A stretch of 47,329 nt of DNA from Candidatus Woesebacteria bacterium (GCA_963784785.1 CAWASW010000015.1:68149-115477); one strand, 5' to 3'; counted from the first letter of the stretch, positions 29,273 through 39,955 are shown. Program-made: numbers and translations. The notes: generated by a model from the sequence alone, not told the origin.

Positions 29273-29292
29273 ATTATACACTATTTTGTCAA
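29273..29292 (-). promoter_or_regulatory. TTGACA-N8-TATAAT element
   Basis: tgtcaa 29287-29292 and attata 29273-29278 on +; overlaps the stop codon of the upstream GT-C gene. Confidence 0.5.
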
Positions 29293-30776
29293 TTTCTGAC
29301 AAGGAGTACAGCCCTGCCATTTTCTCTCTCATAATTATCCCCAGCCTTGAATTCATATTCACCCACAAATTTATAATTTGGTAGGATTTTCTGATTTTTT
29401 GGATTTTCAAAAATCTCCCTCCACTCTTCTCCCATATAGTAATTATCATCATCCATTTTGTAGGAAGTTAGATATATATAGTCAATTTTGGAGTCAGACC
29501 CCGAAAGATGATTCGGGGTTAATGGGAACCAAACAGTCTTCCTTTCTCCATACCAACTTCCCCAAGTATCAAGATTGGTAAGTATGACATCCTCTTTACC
29601 TGTAATTTCTTTTAATTTGTAGGACATTTCAGCATAAATTGGAGCCTTGCCAATATTATGCATTTTTCTCTCAAATCTAGAATCTAAAAATACTATTCCC
29701 AACGTCTGCCCTACTGCAAAAAATAAAACTAAAAATGTAGTTATCAATCCAACCATAACTTTTTTTGTTATTTTAAAATTGAATATTAAAAATTCATTGA
29801 AAATTGTAAATTGTAAATTGAAAATTTGTGTCAAAGTGGCTACTGCCACTATGTACACCAGTGGTACAACGGGATGAAGGTAACGGTAAAAGGGTATTGT
29901 TAAGGCCGTCACTAAAAATGTAAGCCCAGTCATGAATAGTACAGAAAAGTTAAATGGCGAATATTTTTTGCAAACTCCTATTACAAACAATACAAATAGA
30001 TATGGATTCATTATCTGAGGCATAGCTTTATAGAAGTTATATAAGTTATAAAAAACTTTTTTTATAAGTATTAGCAGATTAAAATCAACCGTAGAACCAC
30101 GTAGTGAATCAGAAACGGCCATGCCAGGTAAATTCTGTGTAACAGCAATCAGTCCTTGTTTTGAGAATAATGCGTAGAGTATTGTTCCAGCCAAGAAAGA
30201 TATAAATGTGTAGACCGAACCTTTCTTCCAACTGAAGTTATTTATAAAGTAATAAAGAATCAAACCAAAAATATAAATTATTGCTTGAGGACGAGTAAAG
30301 TACATCAAAACCATAAATACTAAGCCAAGTACATTCCCCCACCACTTTTTAATTGACAGGAAATATGTTCCAGCTAGTAGTTCAAAAATAAATGGTGATT
30401 CAGAGGCCCCACTTGTAGCATATTTAATTAGATCGTAATTAAAACCAACTGCAACAATAGATAAAACTGAAGTTAGTCTATCTTTGTAAATCTTCTGTGT
30501 TAAAAGAAAAACAAAAAGCAAAGTTAACAAAAAAAAGAAAAATGAAGTCGCAATAACTGCAAAATCACCTATACCAAAAATTTTAAAAAACAAAGATATT
30601 GAATATGGCATTACAGGAGATATCCAATCAGACATATCATACCCCCAGAAATTAAACATTGAATTAAATTCATTATTTAATATCAAATTTCTTCCAACAT
30701 CGGCATACTTAGCTGAATCTGAAAAAAATAAGTATAAATTATACATTTGTATAATAATTGTACTATTTAAAAGCAC
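29289..30776 (-). CDS. GT-C membrane glycosyltransferase (ArnT/PMT_2-like)
   Basis: FSDSAKY loop, SESPF, TRPQ, RY. Start may be 30746. Confidence 0.8.
   Translation of the reverse strand: MLLNSTIIIQMYNLYLFFSDSAKYADVGRNLILNNEFNSMFNFWGYDMSDWISPVMPYSISLFFKIFGIGDFAVIATSFFFFLLTLLFVFLLTQKIYKDRLTSVLSIVAVGFNYDLIKYATSGASESPFIFELLAGTYFLSIKKWWGNVLGLVFMVLMYFTRPQAIIYIFGLILYYFINNFSWKKGSVYTFISFLAGTILYALFSKQGLIAVTQNLPGMAVSDSLRGSTVDFNLLILIKKVFYNLYNFYKAMPQIMNPYLFVLFVIGVCKKYSPFNFSVLFMTGLTFLVTALTIPFYRYLHPVVPLVYIVAVATLTQIFNLQFTIFNEFLIFNFKITKKVMVGLITTFLVLFFAVGQTLGIVFLDSRFERKMHNIGKAPIYAEMSYKLKEITGKEDVILTNLDTWGSWYGERKTVWFPLTPNHLSGSDSKIDYIYLTSYKMDDDNYYMGEEWREIFENPKNQKILPNYKFVGEYEFKAGDNYERENGRAVLLVRN
29774..29826. 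repeat. Heptamer array: 3 units, CATT, 4 units (gaaaatt gtaaatt...)
   Basis: Encodes IFNLQFTIFNEFLIFNFK. Confidence 0.9.
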
Positions 30777-30831
30777 ATATTCAAAGTTATGTTCAAATTA
30801 ATAAAAAAATGTATAATCACACAATAAGCGT

Positions 30832-31533
30832 ATGAAAATTAAAAAGTTAACAATAATCATCCCCTGTTACAACGAAAAGTCTACAATTCTTAAAATAGTC
30901 AAAAAAGTACTTGGGGTTACCATTAAAAAGATAGAAAAAGAAATAATCATAATCAATGATGGTTCTACAGACGGAACAAAGAATGAGTTGGCTAAAATTA
31001 TTGGCAAAAAGAATATCAAAATTATTACAAAAAGAAAAAATGAAGGAAAAGGCGCTGCAATAAAATCAGCATTAAATATTTGTACAGGTGATGTAATCAT
31101 AATACAAGATGCTGATCTAGAATATAATCCTGATGAATATAAAAACTTAATAGCACCAATATTTAAAGGTGTGGCAGATGTGGTCTACGGATCCCGTTTT
31201 ATAGGTAGTGAAGCTCACAGAGTACATTTTTTCTGGCACATGCTTGGAAACAAACTACTTACTCTAATGTCAAACTCCATCACAAATCTTAATCTAACTG
31301 ATATGGAAACTTGTTATAAAGTATTCACTAAGCAAATTGCCCAAAAGTTAAATTTGGTAGAACCTAGATTTGGTTTTGAACCAGAATTTACTGTCAAAGT
31401 TGCCAAATTAAAAGCTAGAATATATGAAGTTGGTGTAGGTTACTCTGGAAGAAATTATTCAGAGGGAAAGAAAATAAATTGGAAAGATGGAATTGTAGCT
31501 ATATACTGTTTAATAAAATATAAATTAATTTAA
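30832..31533 (+). CDS. GT2, polyprenol-phosphate glycosyltransferase (DPM1-like)
   Basis: ATGAAAATT at 30832 is on the + strand (the track strand label is wrong); IPCYNE, DGSTD, QDADLEY, DMETCYK. Confidence 0.93.
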   Translation: MKIKKLTIIIPCYNEKSTILKIVKKVLGVTIKKIEKEIIIINDGSTDGTKNELAKIIGKKNIKIITKRKNEGKGAAIKSALNICTGDVIIIQDADLEYNPDEYKNLIAPIFKGVADVVYGSRFIGSEAHRVHFFWHMLGNKLLTLMSNSITNLNLTDMETCYKVFTKQIAQKLNLVEPRFGFEPEFTVKVAKLKARIYEVGVGYSGRNYSEGKKINWKDGIVAIYCLIKYKLI

Positions 31534-31534
31534 G

Positions 31535-32116
31535 ATGAGAAAATTATCACATTTTGAAGGAAAAGAACCACTCCTTGAATCACTTTTAAGAGATGTTCGT
31601 TTCTATATTGCTTCAAAGTATATTCCAAATAATTCTAATGTCGCAGACTTTGGATGTGGTTATAACGGTAAACTACTTAATAATATATCATCAAAAATTA
31701 AAAGTGGGGTAGGGTTTGACATATCTGTCAGTAAAAATCAAAATCAATCCAATATCAAACTGTACAAAGCAGATATAAACAAAAAAATTAACTTTAACAA
31801 TACCAAGTATGATTGCATAACTACTTTAGCTGTTTTAGAACATGTCAAAAGCCCGAATCAATATGTCAAAAACCTAGTTGCAAAACTTAAACCAAATGGT
31901 GTTTTGATTATTACGACACCGCACAAAAGATCCAGGTTAATACTTGAAACACTATCGTTTTGGTTTGGGTTAATTAGCAAAGATGAGATAATAGATCACA
32001 AAAATTATTTTACACAAAGCAAATTGGAAACAATCATGAAAGCAAACAGTCTTAAAATTATCAAGCTAAATACATTTGAATTTGGATGTAATTTGTTATG
32101 CGTGGTTAAAAAATAG
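31535..32116 (+). CDS. Class I SAM-dependent methyltransferase
   Basis: VADFGCG, AVLEHV, LKPNG..IITTP. Confidence 0.9.
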   Translation: MRKLSHFEGKEPLLESLLRDVRFYIASKYIPNNSNVADFGCGYNGKLLNNISSKIKSGVGFDISVSKNQNQSNIKLYKADINKKINFNNTKYDCITTLAVLEHVKSPNQYVKNLVAKLKPNGVLIITTPHKRSRLILETLSFWFGLISKDEIIDHKNYFTQSKLETIMKANSLKIIKLNTFEFGCNLLCVVKK

Positions 32117-32121
32117 AAATA

Positions 32122-33942
32122 TCAATCGATTTTAAATAACATACAGTTATCTTTTTGAAATTCTGGTTTTTTTTCAGATATTAATGAGCCTTCAATCTCA
32201 ATTCTTCCATCAATATCAATATCTCTATGAACTTTTTTTGTATTAACGAAAGAATTCTTATATTGACTATTTAAATACAAATACTCAATGTCAGAAAAAT
32301 CAACTTTTGATAAATCATTATCATTCTGGATAACAACAAAAGTTTTCTCAGAATCATAAAAGGAAGATGCGTAAGGATCCCAAAAATTAAGAGCTCTTGA
32401 TTTTTGATTCTCAAGATATTTATAAGTTTCATAAACACAACCGATATTTTTACTCTTCAGGTCGTCGTATCTAAATGTTAAAAACAATACAGTGTTACTA
32501 ATCCTAGAGTTCCAAGTACTCCATTGAATCGGATTCAATCTTATTCCAAACAGTGAAATTAACACAGCGATAATAGCGATGTTAGTGTTCTTGACTGCAA
32601 CACGAGCAAAAAGCAAATATACAAAGATACTAATAATTAAAACGAACCGACTTATTTGACTTCCAAAATAAAAATTAGCAAGATAGATCAAAAAGATACT
32701 AATTATTAAAAAAATATCATTTTTTGTAATCTTTATATATCTAAATGCCAATGAGCCTACAAAAAACGATATTGATATTATCATACCGATTTCATTAATA
32801 TAGTTAACATTAATTAAATTAATCAAATCTACAATTTTATGTCCAGATCTTAATTCATAGATAAGATTATCCATCAAAAGTGAGTAGGTACTATCAGACA
32901 TTCCCCGATGCCCCAAATATAAAGGGTATACCGGATTACTATATAAAATTAGGTTTTTTAAATACCAAAATCCTCCAGATACAATGAATATTGCAGTGCA
33001 TTTATAAACAAAACTAAATTTGTTACCTATCAATATCTGTAATTTTCTGTTTTTGACAAGTTTAACTAGAACGTAAACAAGTGCAGGTAAAAGGATAAAC
33101 AAAGAAGTATACTTTTGACCAACTGAGTATGATGCAAATATTACAAACAAATAAATGTATTTTGAATCTGTCTTAATCATTAAAGCTGAAAAATATGACA
33201 AAAATTGATAAATCAATAAATTAACATCAACCAATCCTGTTGTCAGTATCAAAGAAATTCCGTGATTAGTTGAAATTAATATTAATATAGCCAAATTTGC
33301 AACTTTATTAGAATAATATTCTAAATTTAAAAAAGTATTAATTATATACAAAAAAAAGATAAAATTAATAATATACATAACATTTACAGATGCAGTATTT
33401 TCTGACAAAGAGTAAAGTATTGAAGCGTAAGATTCAGATGAGTAAGGTAGGCTTCCAAAAAAATGTGAGAAGGGAGAAAAGAAATGCACATAGCTACTAT
33501 TCTGCAAAAGTGGAAAATTAATTTTTCCTAAAGACATCTCTTTAATTACAGGTAAATGATACGAAACAACGTCCCATTCAAACGGTACAATCAATGAATT
33601 AATAAAATAAAATGACAATATAGATACCAATATGATAAAAAACAATTTCTCAACCCTCGATTCACCTACAATATTATTGAACATGAAATGGACATGATTT
33701 TGAAAAAACAATACTATGCCCGCAAACAAGATTGGTAATATAATAATTAAATTAAAAGGTGAAACAAAGAATATTGATAACAAAAACCAAACAAGTGAAT
33801 AAGCTATCTCACCTATAAAAAAACACAAAACCATTCTAAATAAATTATTTGTAATTTTTATTTTAGGCAAAAAAAGCCAACCCAATCCTATTGAAGAGAT
33901 GACAAGCAATGAAACACTAAATAACAATTTTGCAACACTCAT
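32122..33942 (-). CDS. Large GT-C-like membrane protein
   Basis: WDVVSYHLP, KYT, WYLKN..YSNPVYP; multi-TM. Confidence 0.72.
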   Translation of the reverse strand: MSVAKLLFSVSLLVISSIGLGWLFLPKIKITNNLFRMVLCFFIGEIAYSLVWFLLSIFFVSPFNLIIILPILFAGIVLFFQNHVHFMFNNIVGESRVEKLFFIILVSILSFYFINSLIVPFEWDVVSYHLPVIKEMSLGKINFPLLQNSSYVHFFSPFSHFFGSLPYSSESYASILYSLSENTASVNVMYIINFIFFLYIINTFLNLEYYSNKVANLAILILISTNHGISLILTTGLVDVNLLIYQFLSYFSALMIKTDSKYIYLFVIFASYSVGQKYTSLFILLPALVYVLVKLVKNRKLQILIGNKFSFVYKCTAIFIVSGGFWYLKNLILYSNPVYPLYLGHRGMSDSTYSLLMDNLIYELRSGHKIVDLINLINVNYINEIGMIISISFFVGSLAFRYIKITKNDIFLIISIFLIYLANFYFGSQISRFVLIISIFVYLLFARVAVKNTNIAIIAVLISLFGIRLNPIQWSTWNSRISNTVLFLTFRYDDLKSKNIGCVYETYKYLENQKSRALNFWDPYASSFYDSEKTFVVIQNDNDLSKVDFSDIEYLYLNSQYKNSFVNTKKVHRDIDIDGRIEIEGSLISEKKPEFQKDNCMLFKID

Positions 33943-34694
33943 TTAGTCATTTTAAGCGCTACAGATCCACCTAGATATTTTAATAACGGAACATACGAAA
34001 ACATCGAAGTTAGTTTGTCAATAATTACGATAATCGACAAAGGAATTTTATTAACAGGATAAATAAATTCAGATGTTTTATAAGACACTTTAAATTTAGA
34101 AAAAACACTACCAATAGACAATGGATTAATTGCCCATTCGTCTGGCGAATCTCCAAAAATTCTTTTTAAAATTTTATTTGATTTTATTAAATAAACTAGG
34201 GGGTTAAGAATATTTGGTTCATAAAAAAAGTTAATTCCCCCTTTTTTTAAGATTCTAAAAGATTCTTTAGAAATTTTTTTAAGATCTACGTGATGTAAAA
34301 AATAAAAACCACAGACCAGATCAATTGAATTTGGCTTAATACTTGTATGATATGCAGATTTAGTCAAAAACTTAACATTTTTATTTCTTTTGCATTTTCT
34401 TTGAGCGACATTTAAGATATCTTCGGATATGTCAATTGCCAATATACTAGAGTTCGGATACATCTCGGCTATTAATTTTGTATACTCTCCTGTTCCGCAC
34501 CCCAATTCTACAATTTTAAAATTATCGCTATTAATATTATTATTAACAAAAGTTTTAAATTCTTGCATTTTCTTAGTAATTTTATATGCAGTGAATTTAT
34601 CCTCGTAACCATAGTTTTTATCATAAACTTTGGCCATCAAATTAAAATGTCTGATCTCGTTACTCTCCTTTTTTGTAAGCTTATTTTTTAGCAT
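33939..34694 (-). CDS. Class I SAM-dependent methyltransferase
   Basis: VELGCGTG, IDIS, LHHV, EPN. Confidence 0.9.
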   Translation of the reverse strand: MLKNKLTKKESNEIRHFNLMAKVYDKNYGYEDKFTAYKITKKMQEFKTFVNNNINSDNFKIVELGCGTGEYTKLIAEMYPNSSILAIDISEDILNVAQRKCKRNKNVKFLTKSAYHTSIKPNSIDLVCGFYFLHHVDLKKISKESFRILKKGGINFFYEPNILNPLVYLIKSNKILKRIFGDSPDEWAINPLSIGSVFSKFKVSYKTSEFIYPVNKIPLSIIVIIDKLTSMFSYVPLLKYLGGSVALKMTK

Positions 34695-36009
34695 CTTTAA
34701 TTATCTTAATTATTTTATCTAAGTGTATAGTTTCGCCTGATCTGAGATTATTTTCAAGTAGGTATTTTAAATTTGAGACTATTAAAAATATACTAAGTGG
34801 TATCAAGTAAGATGACGACCTCACAAGTGAGCCTGACATTTCTCTCCACCAATCAAACATGAACGAAATACCATATATTCCCCCAAAATACATTAATAGG
34901 CTAGTAGATATGACAAGTCGAATAAATATGTATTCAGTGGGTTCATTTTTATTTATCTTTATTAAAGAAATAACATAAACAATAAAAATTAATCCAAAAG
35001 ATTTGACGTAATAGACTAAGATATTCAAAAAAGATCCAGTAAATATTCCAACTAATGATTCAAAAACTATATCATTTGTCAGTTTAAATATTGTGGGACT
35101 ACTAGCAACGGTTTTTTGAAAATAACCCCAAGATAAATACTGAGAAAGAATAATTACAAGCCCAAAGACAAAAATATAAAACATTTTTTTAAATCGTTTA
35201 AGTAAAATGGCCGTCAAAACTAACGATATGAATACGCATAACCAAATTGGTTCCAAGAAACGAATCCAAGATGAAGATGCTATTAACAGAAAACCAATTA
35301 AATAAAAATAATTCTTGCTAGTTTTCAGACCTAGTAAGATAATCATGGTGCCTAAAACCAAAAAAACTGTAAATGGAAGATTTGTGTATTCAATAAGAGA
35401 TGTTGTAAAGATATCCTTATTAGAAATAGTAAACAATACAGTAGCCATTGATCCAGTAAGACCTACAAATTCGAATACTATAGAACCAAAAATCAATGCA
35501 AAAATTAACAAATCAATAGAATATATCAGCCCAACGGGAATATTGATATTAAGCGAGTACCATGATAAATGTGTAAGTGATGTGAAAGGTGGATACAGTA
35601 AGTAATAATATTTATTTTTATCATCGTATTTTGAAAGCTCATTCATATCAGAAAATTTATAACCAGATTGAAGTATTTTCGCTCGAGAGTCGTATAATGC
35701 AACAGCATCCCAATCAAGTGTTTTTTTGTTTAAATTAAAAATTGTAGAAATAGATATAATTAGAAATATAAAAAATACTAAAATAATATTTAGACGACTT
35801 AATAAATTTATTTTAATTTTTTCAGGATCTAATTTTTTGTCATTAATTCGAGTAATTATTATCAACACGACAGAAAGTATTAAAATAATAATATCTATTT
35901 TACCTAACAAACTAGTTAAAAAATTTGGTTCAATTATTGCAAATAATATTTTGATTGCAACATAACTCAATGATAAAATAGTAGTAGATAGAAATATTTT
36001 ATTTTTCAT
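34681..36009 (-). CDS. GT-C-like membrane protein
   Basis: WDAVALY, YPP; multi-TM. Confidence 0.7.
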   Translation of the reverse strand: MKNKIFLSTTILSLSYVAIKILFAIIEPNFLTSLLGKIDIIILILSVVLIIITRINDKKLDPEKIKINLLSRLNIILVFFIFLIISISTIFNLNKKTLDWDAVALYDSRAKILQSGYKFSDMNELSKYDDKNKYYYLLYPPFTSLTHLSWYSLNINIPVGLIYSIDLLIFALIFGSIVFEFVGLTGSMATVLFTISNKDIFTTSLIEYTNLPFTVFLVLGTMIILLGLKTSKNYFYLIGFLLIASSSWIRFLEPIWLCVFISLVLTAILLKRFKKMFYIFVFGLVIILSQYLSWGYFQKTVASSPTIFKLTNDIVFESLVGIFTGSFLNILVYYVKSFGLIFIVYVISLIKINKNEPTEYIFIRLVISTSLLMYFGGIYGISFMFDWWREMSGSLVRSSSYLIPLSIFLIVSNLKYLLENNLRSGETIHLDKIIKIIKDAKK

Positions 36010-36018
36010 AATACAAAT

Positions 36019-37017
36019 TTACATTACTAGCTTATAGACATGCTTATCTGAAAAGACACCCACGTCAACAATATCAACATATTTTATTACGTTTGATCCA
36101 TCAAACACAATTTGTTTATTCGTTCTATCTATCGTTGGCCATTCAGGCGAACTATTCGTAGGCGATACAATAACAAAATAGATATTATCAAAAGCAGAAA
36201 GAAATTCAGCATCCGACACTAATTTACCACTAATCAACGTTCTTGGAAAAAGAAAGTATCTATCAATTGGCTGATTTCCAAACAAAGGCCATTCATTACT
36301 TTGAGGTGGATGTATAATTGATGAATTATTTGGTGTCAAATTAACAAGTGCGTCAATATATAGATATTCTTTTCCAATTCTTTCGTAATACCCCTGCCTA
36401 GATTCATGTATAAACACTGGAATATTGACAATCGGATAAATAGACATCGAAATAATAATTACAAAAGAAAAAACATTAATAATTGTATATTTATTAAAAA
36501 CATTTAAGTTATAAAATTTATTTTTTTTACTACTATTTTTTTGTTGCTTTAATGTACTCTCATAAACAGAGACAAATAAAGCAATTATTATTGCTATAAA
36601 TATATAATTAATTGCTGATGTAGTTTTTAAAAAATCTGGTCTAATACCATAAGTCGAAAAGATATAATTTGAGTAATGTGACTGATCGATCAAAAGTATA
36701 ACTCTTATAACGATTTCATAAAGCACAGTTAGTAAGGAGATTACAAATAATATAATGTAATGTTTAACCTTTAGATAATCTTTCTTGATAATATTTTTGG
36801 ACCATACCAACATTATTAATAAATTCAGCAGTAAAAATATCCACAAATAAGCTTTTGTACCAATTTTTAGAAACATTTCAATGTGGCTGTTGCCCAAAAG
36901 TGACCAAAACTGGTATTTGTACCTAACCATCTCGACAACGGGACCTAAAACATAAAAAATCCAACCAATGAGTAACGTTTTTTCATCTCCCAGTATTTTA
37001 AATATACGATTTAACAT
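36019..37017 (-). CDS. Hypothetical membrane protein
   Basis: Several N-terminal TM segments; RYFLFPR motif in the soluble domain. Confidence 0.7.
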   Translation of the reverse strand: MLNRIFKILGDEKTLLIGWIFYVLGPVVEMVRYKYQFWSLLGNSHIEMFLKIGTKAYLWIFLLLNLLIMLVWSKNIIKKDYLKVKHYIILFVISLLTVLYEIVIRVILLIDQSHYSNYIFSTYGIRPDFLKTTSAINYIFIAIIIALFVSVYESTLKQQKNSSKKNKFYNLNVFNKYTIINVFSFVIIISMSIYPIVNIPVFIHESRQGYYERIGKEYLYIDALVNLTPNNSSIIHPPQSNEWPLFGNQPIDRYFLFPRTLISGKLVSDAEFLSAFDNIYFVIVSPTNSSPEWPTIDRTNKQIVFDGSNVIKYVDIVDVGVFSDKHVYKLVM

Positions 37018-37027
37018 TTATATTAAA

Positions 37028-38593
37028 CTAATCCTTGTAATAAACATTCCAGACATATTCATATTTCTGATTTGCAAATGGAGGATCCGTTAAAGTAGTT
37101 ATCGGACGATATCTAAATTTATCTCTGAATTTTAATGGATCTATCTGGGAAACACTATACGCTCCACGATTAAGTATTTTAAATTTATTATTTACTAATT
37201 CTTCTTCTGAAAAACTATTTAAGAAAGGTGATCTAACGAATACGTACCCTTTTTCAGGAATAGTATCAGCACGTATCACTTTTAGCACTCTATTGTGTAT
37301 ATGTTTAATATGAATTGGTATTTCATACAATACCTCCCAATTGTCTATCGATTCAATTGCATCTATGTATATCTCACTAGACCCCGTATTTACAATTACT
37401 GCAATCTGATCAGCTTCGAATCTTAAATATACAGAATACCAATCTCTATAGTTGATACTCTTAGCATAATCAGTTGGAAATTTCATGAAGACAATATTAA
37501 TCATTAAAATAGTAAGGATTAGATTTACGGAATAATATAGTACTTTTTTTACTTTATATTTGATTAAATAGTAGTTGATAAAAATCTGAATTTGTGTAGT
37601 TATCATTCCTATGACAATTGATAATGAAAACATAGATACCAATATGTATCGCTCTAATACATATTTCCAAGGTATCAAAATACCTGTAAAGAAAACAAAC
37701 ACCAATAACCAATATATTATTTCCTTTTTAATCAAAAATTTAATATTTTTATTGACGAAGACCATTATTGCTGTAGCCATGGTAAATATTTTAATAAATG
37801 GACTAGTCGAATTTAATATTAATTGAAAATATTGACTAAAATTTTTGAGAATTAGATCTATATCAAATTTAAAATTCTCTACATATGCTACAGAGGAATC
37901 TATCGGTTTAGCTACATATCTTGTTATTAAAAAAAATGTTATTCCCGCACCAAATAGATATATCGTTTTTTTATAATCTTTATCCTTAAAGTACCAAGAA
38001 ACCAAAACAAGCGGGAGCAGCGCGATTACTGATGTCTCTTTTATTAATAATGCAAAAAAATAAAATATTGTTATCAATATCCACTTTGAATTACTACTAA
38101 ATAGATAGAAGTACGACATCAAGGCGATAGATATCAACTGATAAGGTTCAACTGGTCCTAATCGAATTATATTTTCAGTAAAGGAATAAGATGTAAAAAA
38201 GAAAACAGTTGAAATTAAAACTGTTGTTATACTACCGCCAGTTTTAATTAATATAGCTCCAATGAGCAATACTATAATCAAACCAATTAGATAAATTCTT
38301 GATTCATGCAACAAAATTGGATTTAATCCTGCAAATTCATAAGTTATGAAATTAATAGTCCAATAAGCAGGTCTGAATCGTCCAAATTCTTTTTCTAATA
38401 ATACCCCATTTAAATTTGAGCAACCTTTGCCAATAAGGCAATCCTTAAAATAGCTATTGTTTAAGATGGTCTGGCCATCATCAATTAATGAAAAGCTATT
38501 ATATTTTTCTGGAGTTAAAACAAAATACGAGTAGCTTAGATATAATATACCTACAAATAATAACGTTAATACATTTTTTAACGATGTGGTCAT
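37028..38593 (-). CDS. GT-C-like membrane protein
   Basis: IDDG, GRFRP, LIKE, ERY; multi-TM. Confidence 0.72.
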   Translation of the reverse strand: MTTSLKNVLTLLFVGILYLSYSYFVLTPEKYNSFSLIDDGQTILNNSYFKDCLIGKGCSNLNGVLLEKEFGRFRPAYWTINFITYEFAGLNPILLHESRIYLIGLIIVLLIGAILIKTGGSITTVLISTVFFFTSYSFTENIIRLGPVEPYQLISIALMSYFYLFSSNSKWILITIFYFFALLIKETSVIALLPLVLVSWYFKDKDYKKTIYLFGAGITFFLITRYVAKPIDSSVAYVENFKFDIDLILKNFSQYFQLILNSTSPFIKIFTMATAIMVFVNKNIKFLIKKEIIYWLLVFVFFTGILIPWKYVLERYILVSMFSLSIVIGMITTQIQIFINYYLIKYKVKKVLYYSVNLILTILMINIVFMKFPTDYAKSINYRDWYSVYLRFEADQIAVIVNTGSSEIYIDAIESIDNWEVLYEIPIHIKHIHNRVLKVIRADTIPEKGYVFVRSPFLNSFSEEELVNNKFKILNRGAYSVSQIDPLKFRDKFRYRPITTLTDPPFANQKYEYVWNVYYKD

Positions 38594-39276
38594 TTTTTAA
38601 CGAATCTGAATCCATAATTAATCATCAAATTTCTTAATAAATCTACATTTTCAAATAAGTCAAAAAAATAATTTGGTGCAATAAAATTAAAATAACTCTC
38701 TTCATCTAATTTAAGCCCATTTTTCTTCATTATTTTCAGCATATCCCATGAATATATCCAATTTTCATTTCCGTGGTAAAGACGGATTCGAGTAAAGCTT
38801 AAAAAATCAAACAAAGGTTTGAACAATTTGTTTGGAGTAGTAATTACTAATATTCCTCCCTTTTTAACAACTCTAGCTAATTCTTTCAATGCATCTTTCT
38901 GATTATCAACGTGCTCTATAACTTCGGTCGATAAAACCACATCGAAGCTATTATCCTTAAAAGGTAACTTTGAAGCACTAGCTACTTTAAATGTGCACTT
39001 AGGTGTTAACTTTTTATTTATTTTTACCAAATTTGGACCTATATCAATACCTGTCACTTTTGCCCCTGATTTATAAGCAATATTTGAAAAATATCCCAAA
39101 CCACAACCAACTTCTAAAAACTTCTTTCCTTTCAAATCTTTTTTAGTAAGCAAATCGTTAAAGACAACTTTAATACGTTTATTGGTCTCGCTATTATTTA
39201 TTTTTGAAGCCCAAACATTAGAAATACTATCATAAAACAACTCTTTACTATTTAAAATAACTTTTTTATTTTTCAT
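38590..39276 (-). CDS. Class I SAM-dependent methyltransferase
   Basis: LEVGCGLG, LPFKDNSFD, EVIEHV. Confidence 0.92.
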   Translation of the reverse strand: MKNKKVILNSKELFYDSISNVWASKINNSETNKRIKVVFNDLLTKKDLKGKKFLEVGCGLGYFSNIAYKSGAKVTGIDIGPNLVKINKKLTPKCTFKVASASKLPFKDNSFDVVLSTEVIEHVDNQKDALKELARVVKKGGILVITTPNKLFKPLFDFLSFTRIRLYHGNENWIYSWDMLKIMKKNGLKLDEESYFNFIAPNYFFDLFENVDLLRNLMINYGFRFVKK

Positions 39277-39955
39277 TTAATGCTTTATGTAAATTTAATA
39301 TATCTTTTGGTGTATCTAAAAATCTATTTATAAACCTAGGTAACCTTACTTCCTCTAAGTATACAGGGAAGTCTGCAAATTTAAAGCCTAATTTTTGAGC
39401 CCTAATAACAAATTCTGTGTCAATTATCCCACCTACAGTTTTACACTTTTTAAGTACTGCATCAACTACGACTCTTTTCATAATCTTAATGCCATGTGTG
39501 TCACTACCCTTAAACCCAAACATAATTTTTAAATATATATTAAAAAGTGTCGAAACTACTCTTCTTGATAGTGGACGCTTATCTGTCGACCAATGAGCCA
39601 TTTTTGAACCGATTACAAAATCTTTGCCGTATAAATCAATGTCAATTAAATCAAGCATCTTAAGATCGTAAAAATCTACGTTAAATATTACTACGTACTC
39701 TCCAATTGATTTTTTTAGACCTTCCTTTAAAGCGTATCCATATCCAGCTTTTGATTTATGAATTTTCAATGATTTGTTTTTGATTTGAAATGATTTAATA
39801 ATCTCTTCTGTTTTGTCTTCACAGCCGTTCAAAATCAACAAAATTTCATACGCATATTTTTTATTTTTTAAATAGCCTAGAATATCTGATAATGTTTTTT
39901 TAATTATTTCTTCCTCGTTTCTTGCGGGTAATATAATTGAAAGTTTTGTTTTCAT
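39266..39955 (-). CDS. GT2, polyprenol-phosphate glycosyltransferase-like
   Basis: ILPARNEE, GYG.A, DT.G.K; atypical NGCED and NVD motifs. Confidence 0.85.
   Translation of the reverse strand: MKTKLSIILPARNEEEIIKKTLSDILGYLKNKKYAYEILLILNGCEDKTEEIIKSFQIKNKSLKIHKSKAGYGYALKEGLKKSIGEYVVIFNVDFYDLKMLDLIDIDLYGKDFVIGSKMAHWSTDKRPLSRRVVSTLFNIYLKIMFGFKGSDTHGIKIMKRVVVDAVLKKCKTVGGIIDTEFVIRAQKLGFKFADFPVYLEEVRLPRFINRFLDTPKDILNLHKALNEK

Noticed and set aside
30832-31533. ORF track lists this GT2 on the minus strand
   Set aside because: ATG AAA ATT AAA at 30832 and TAA at 31531-31533 read on the + strand.
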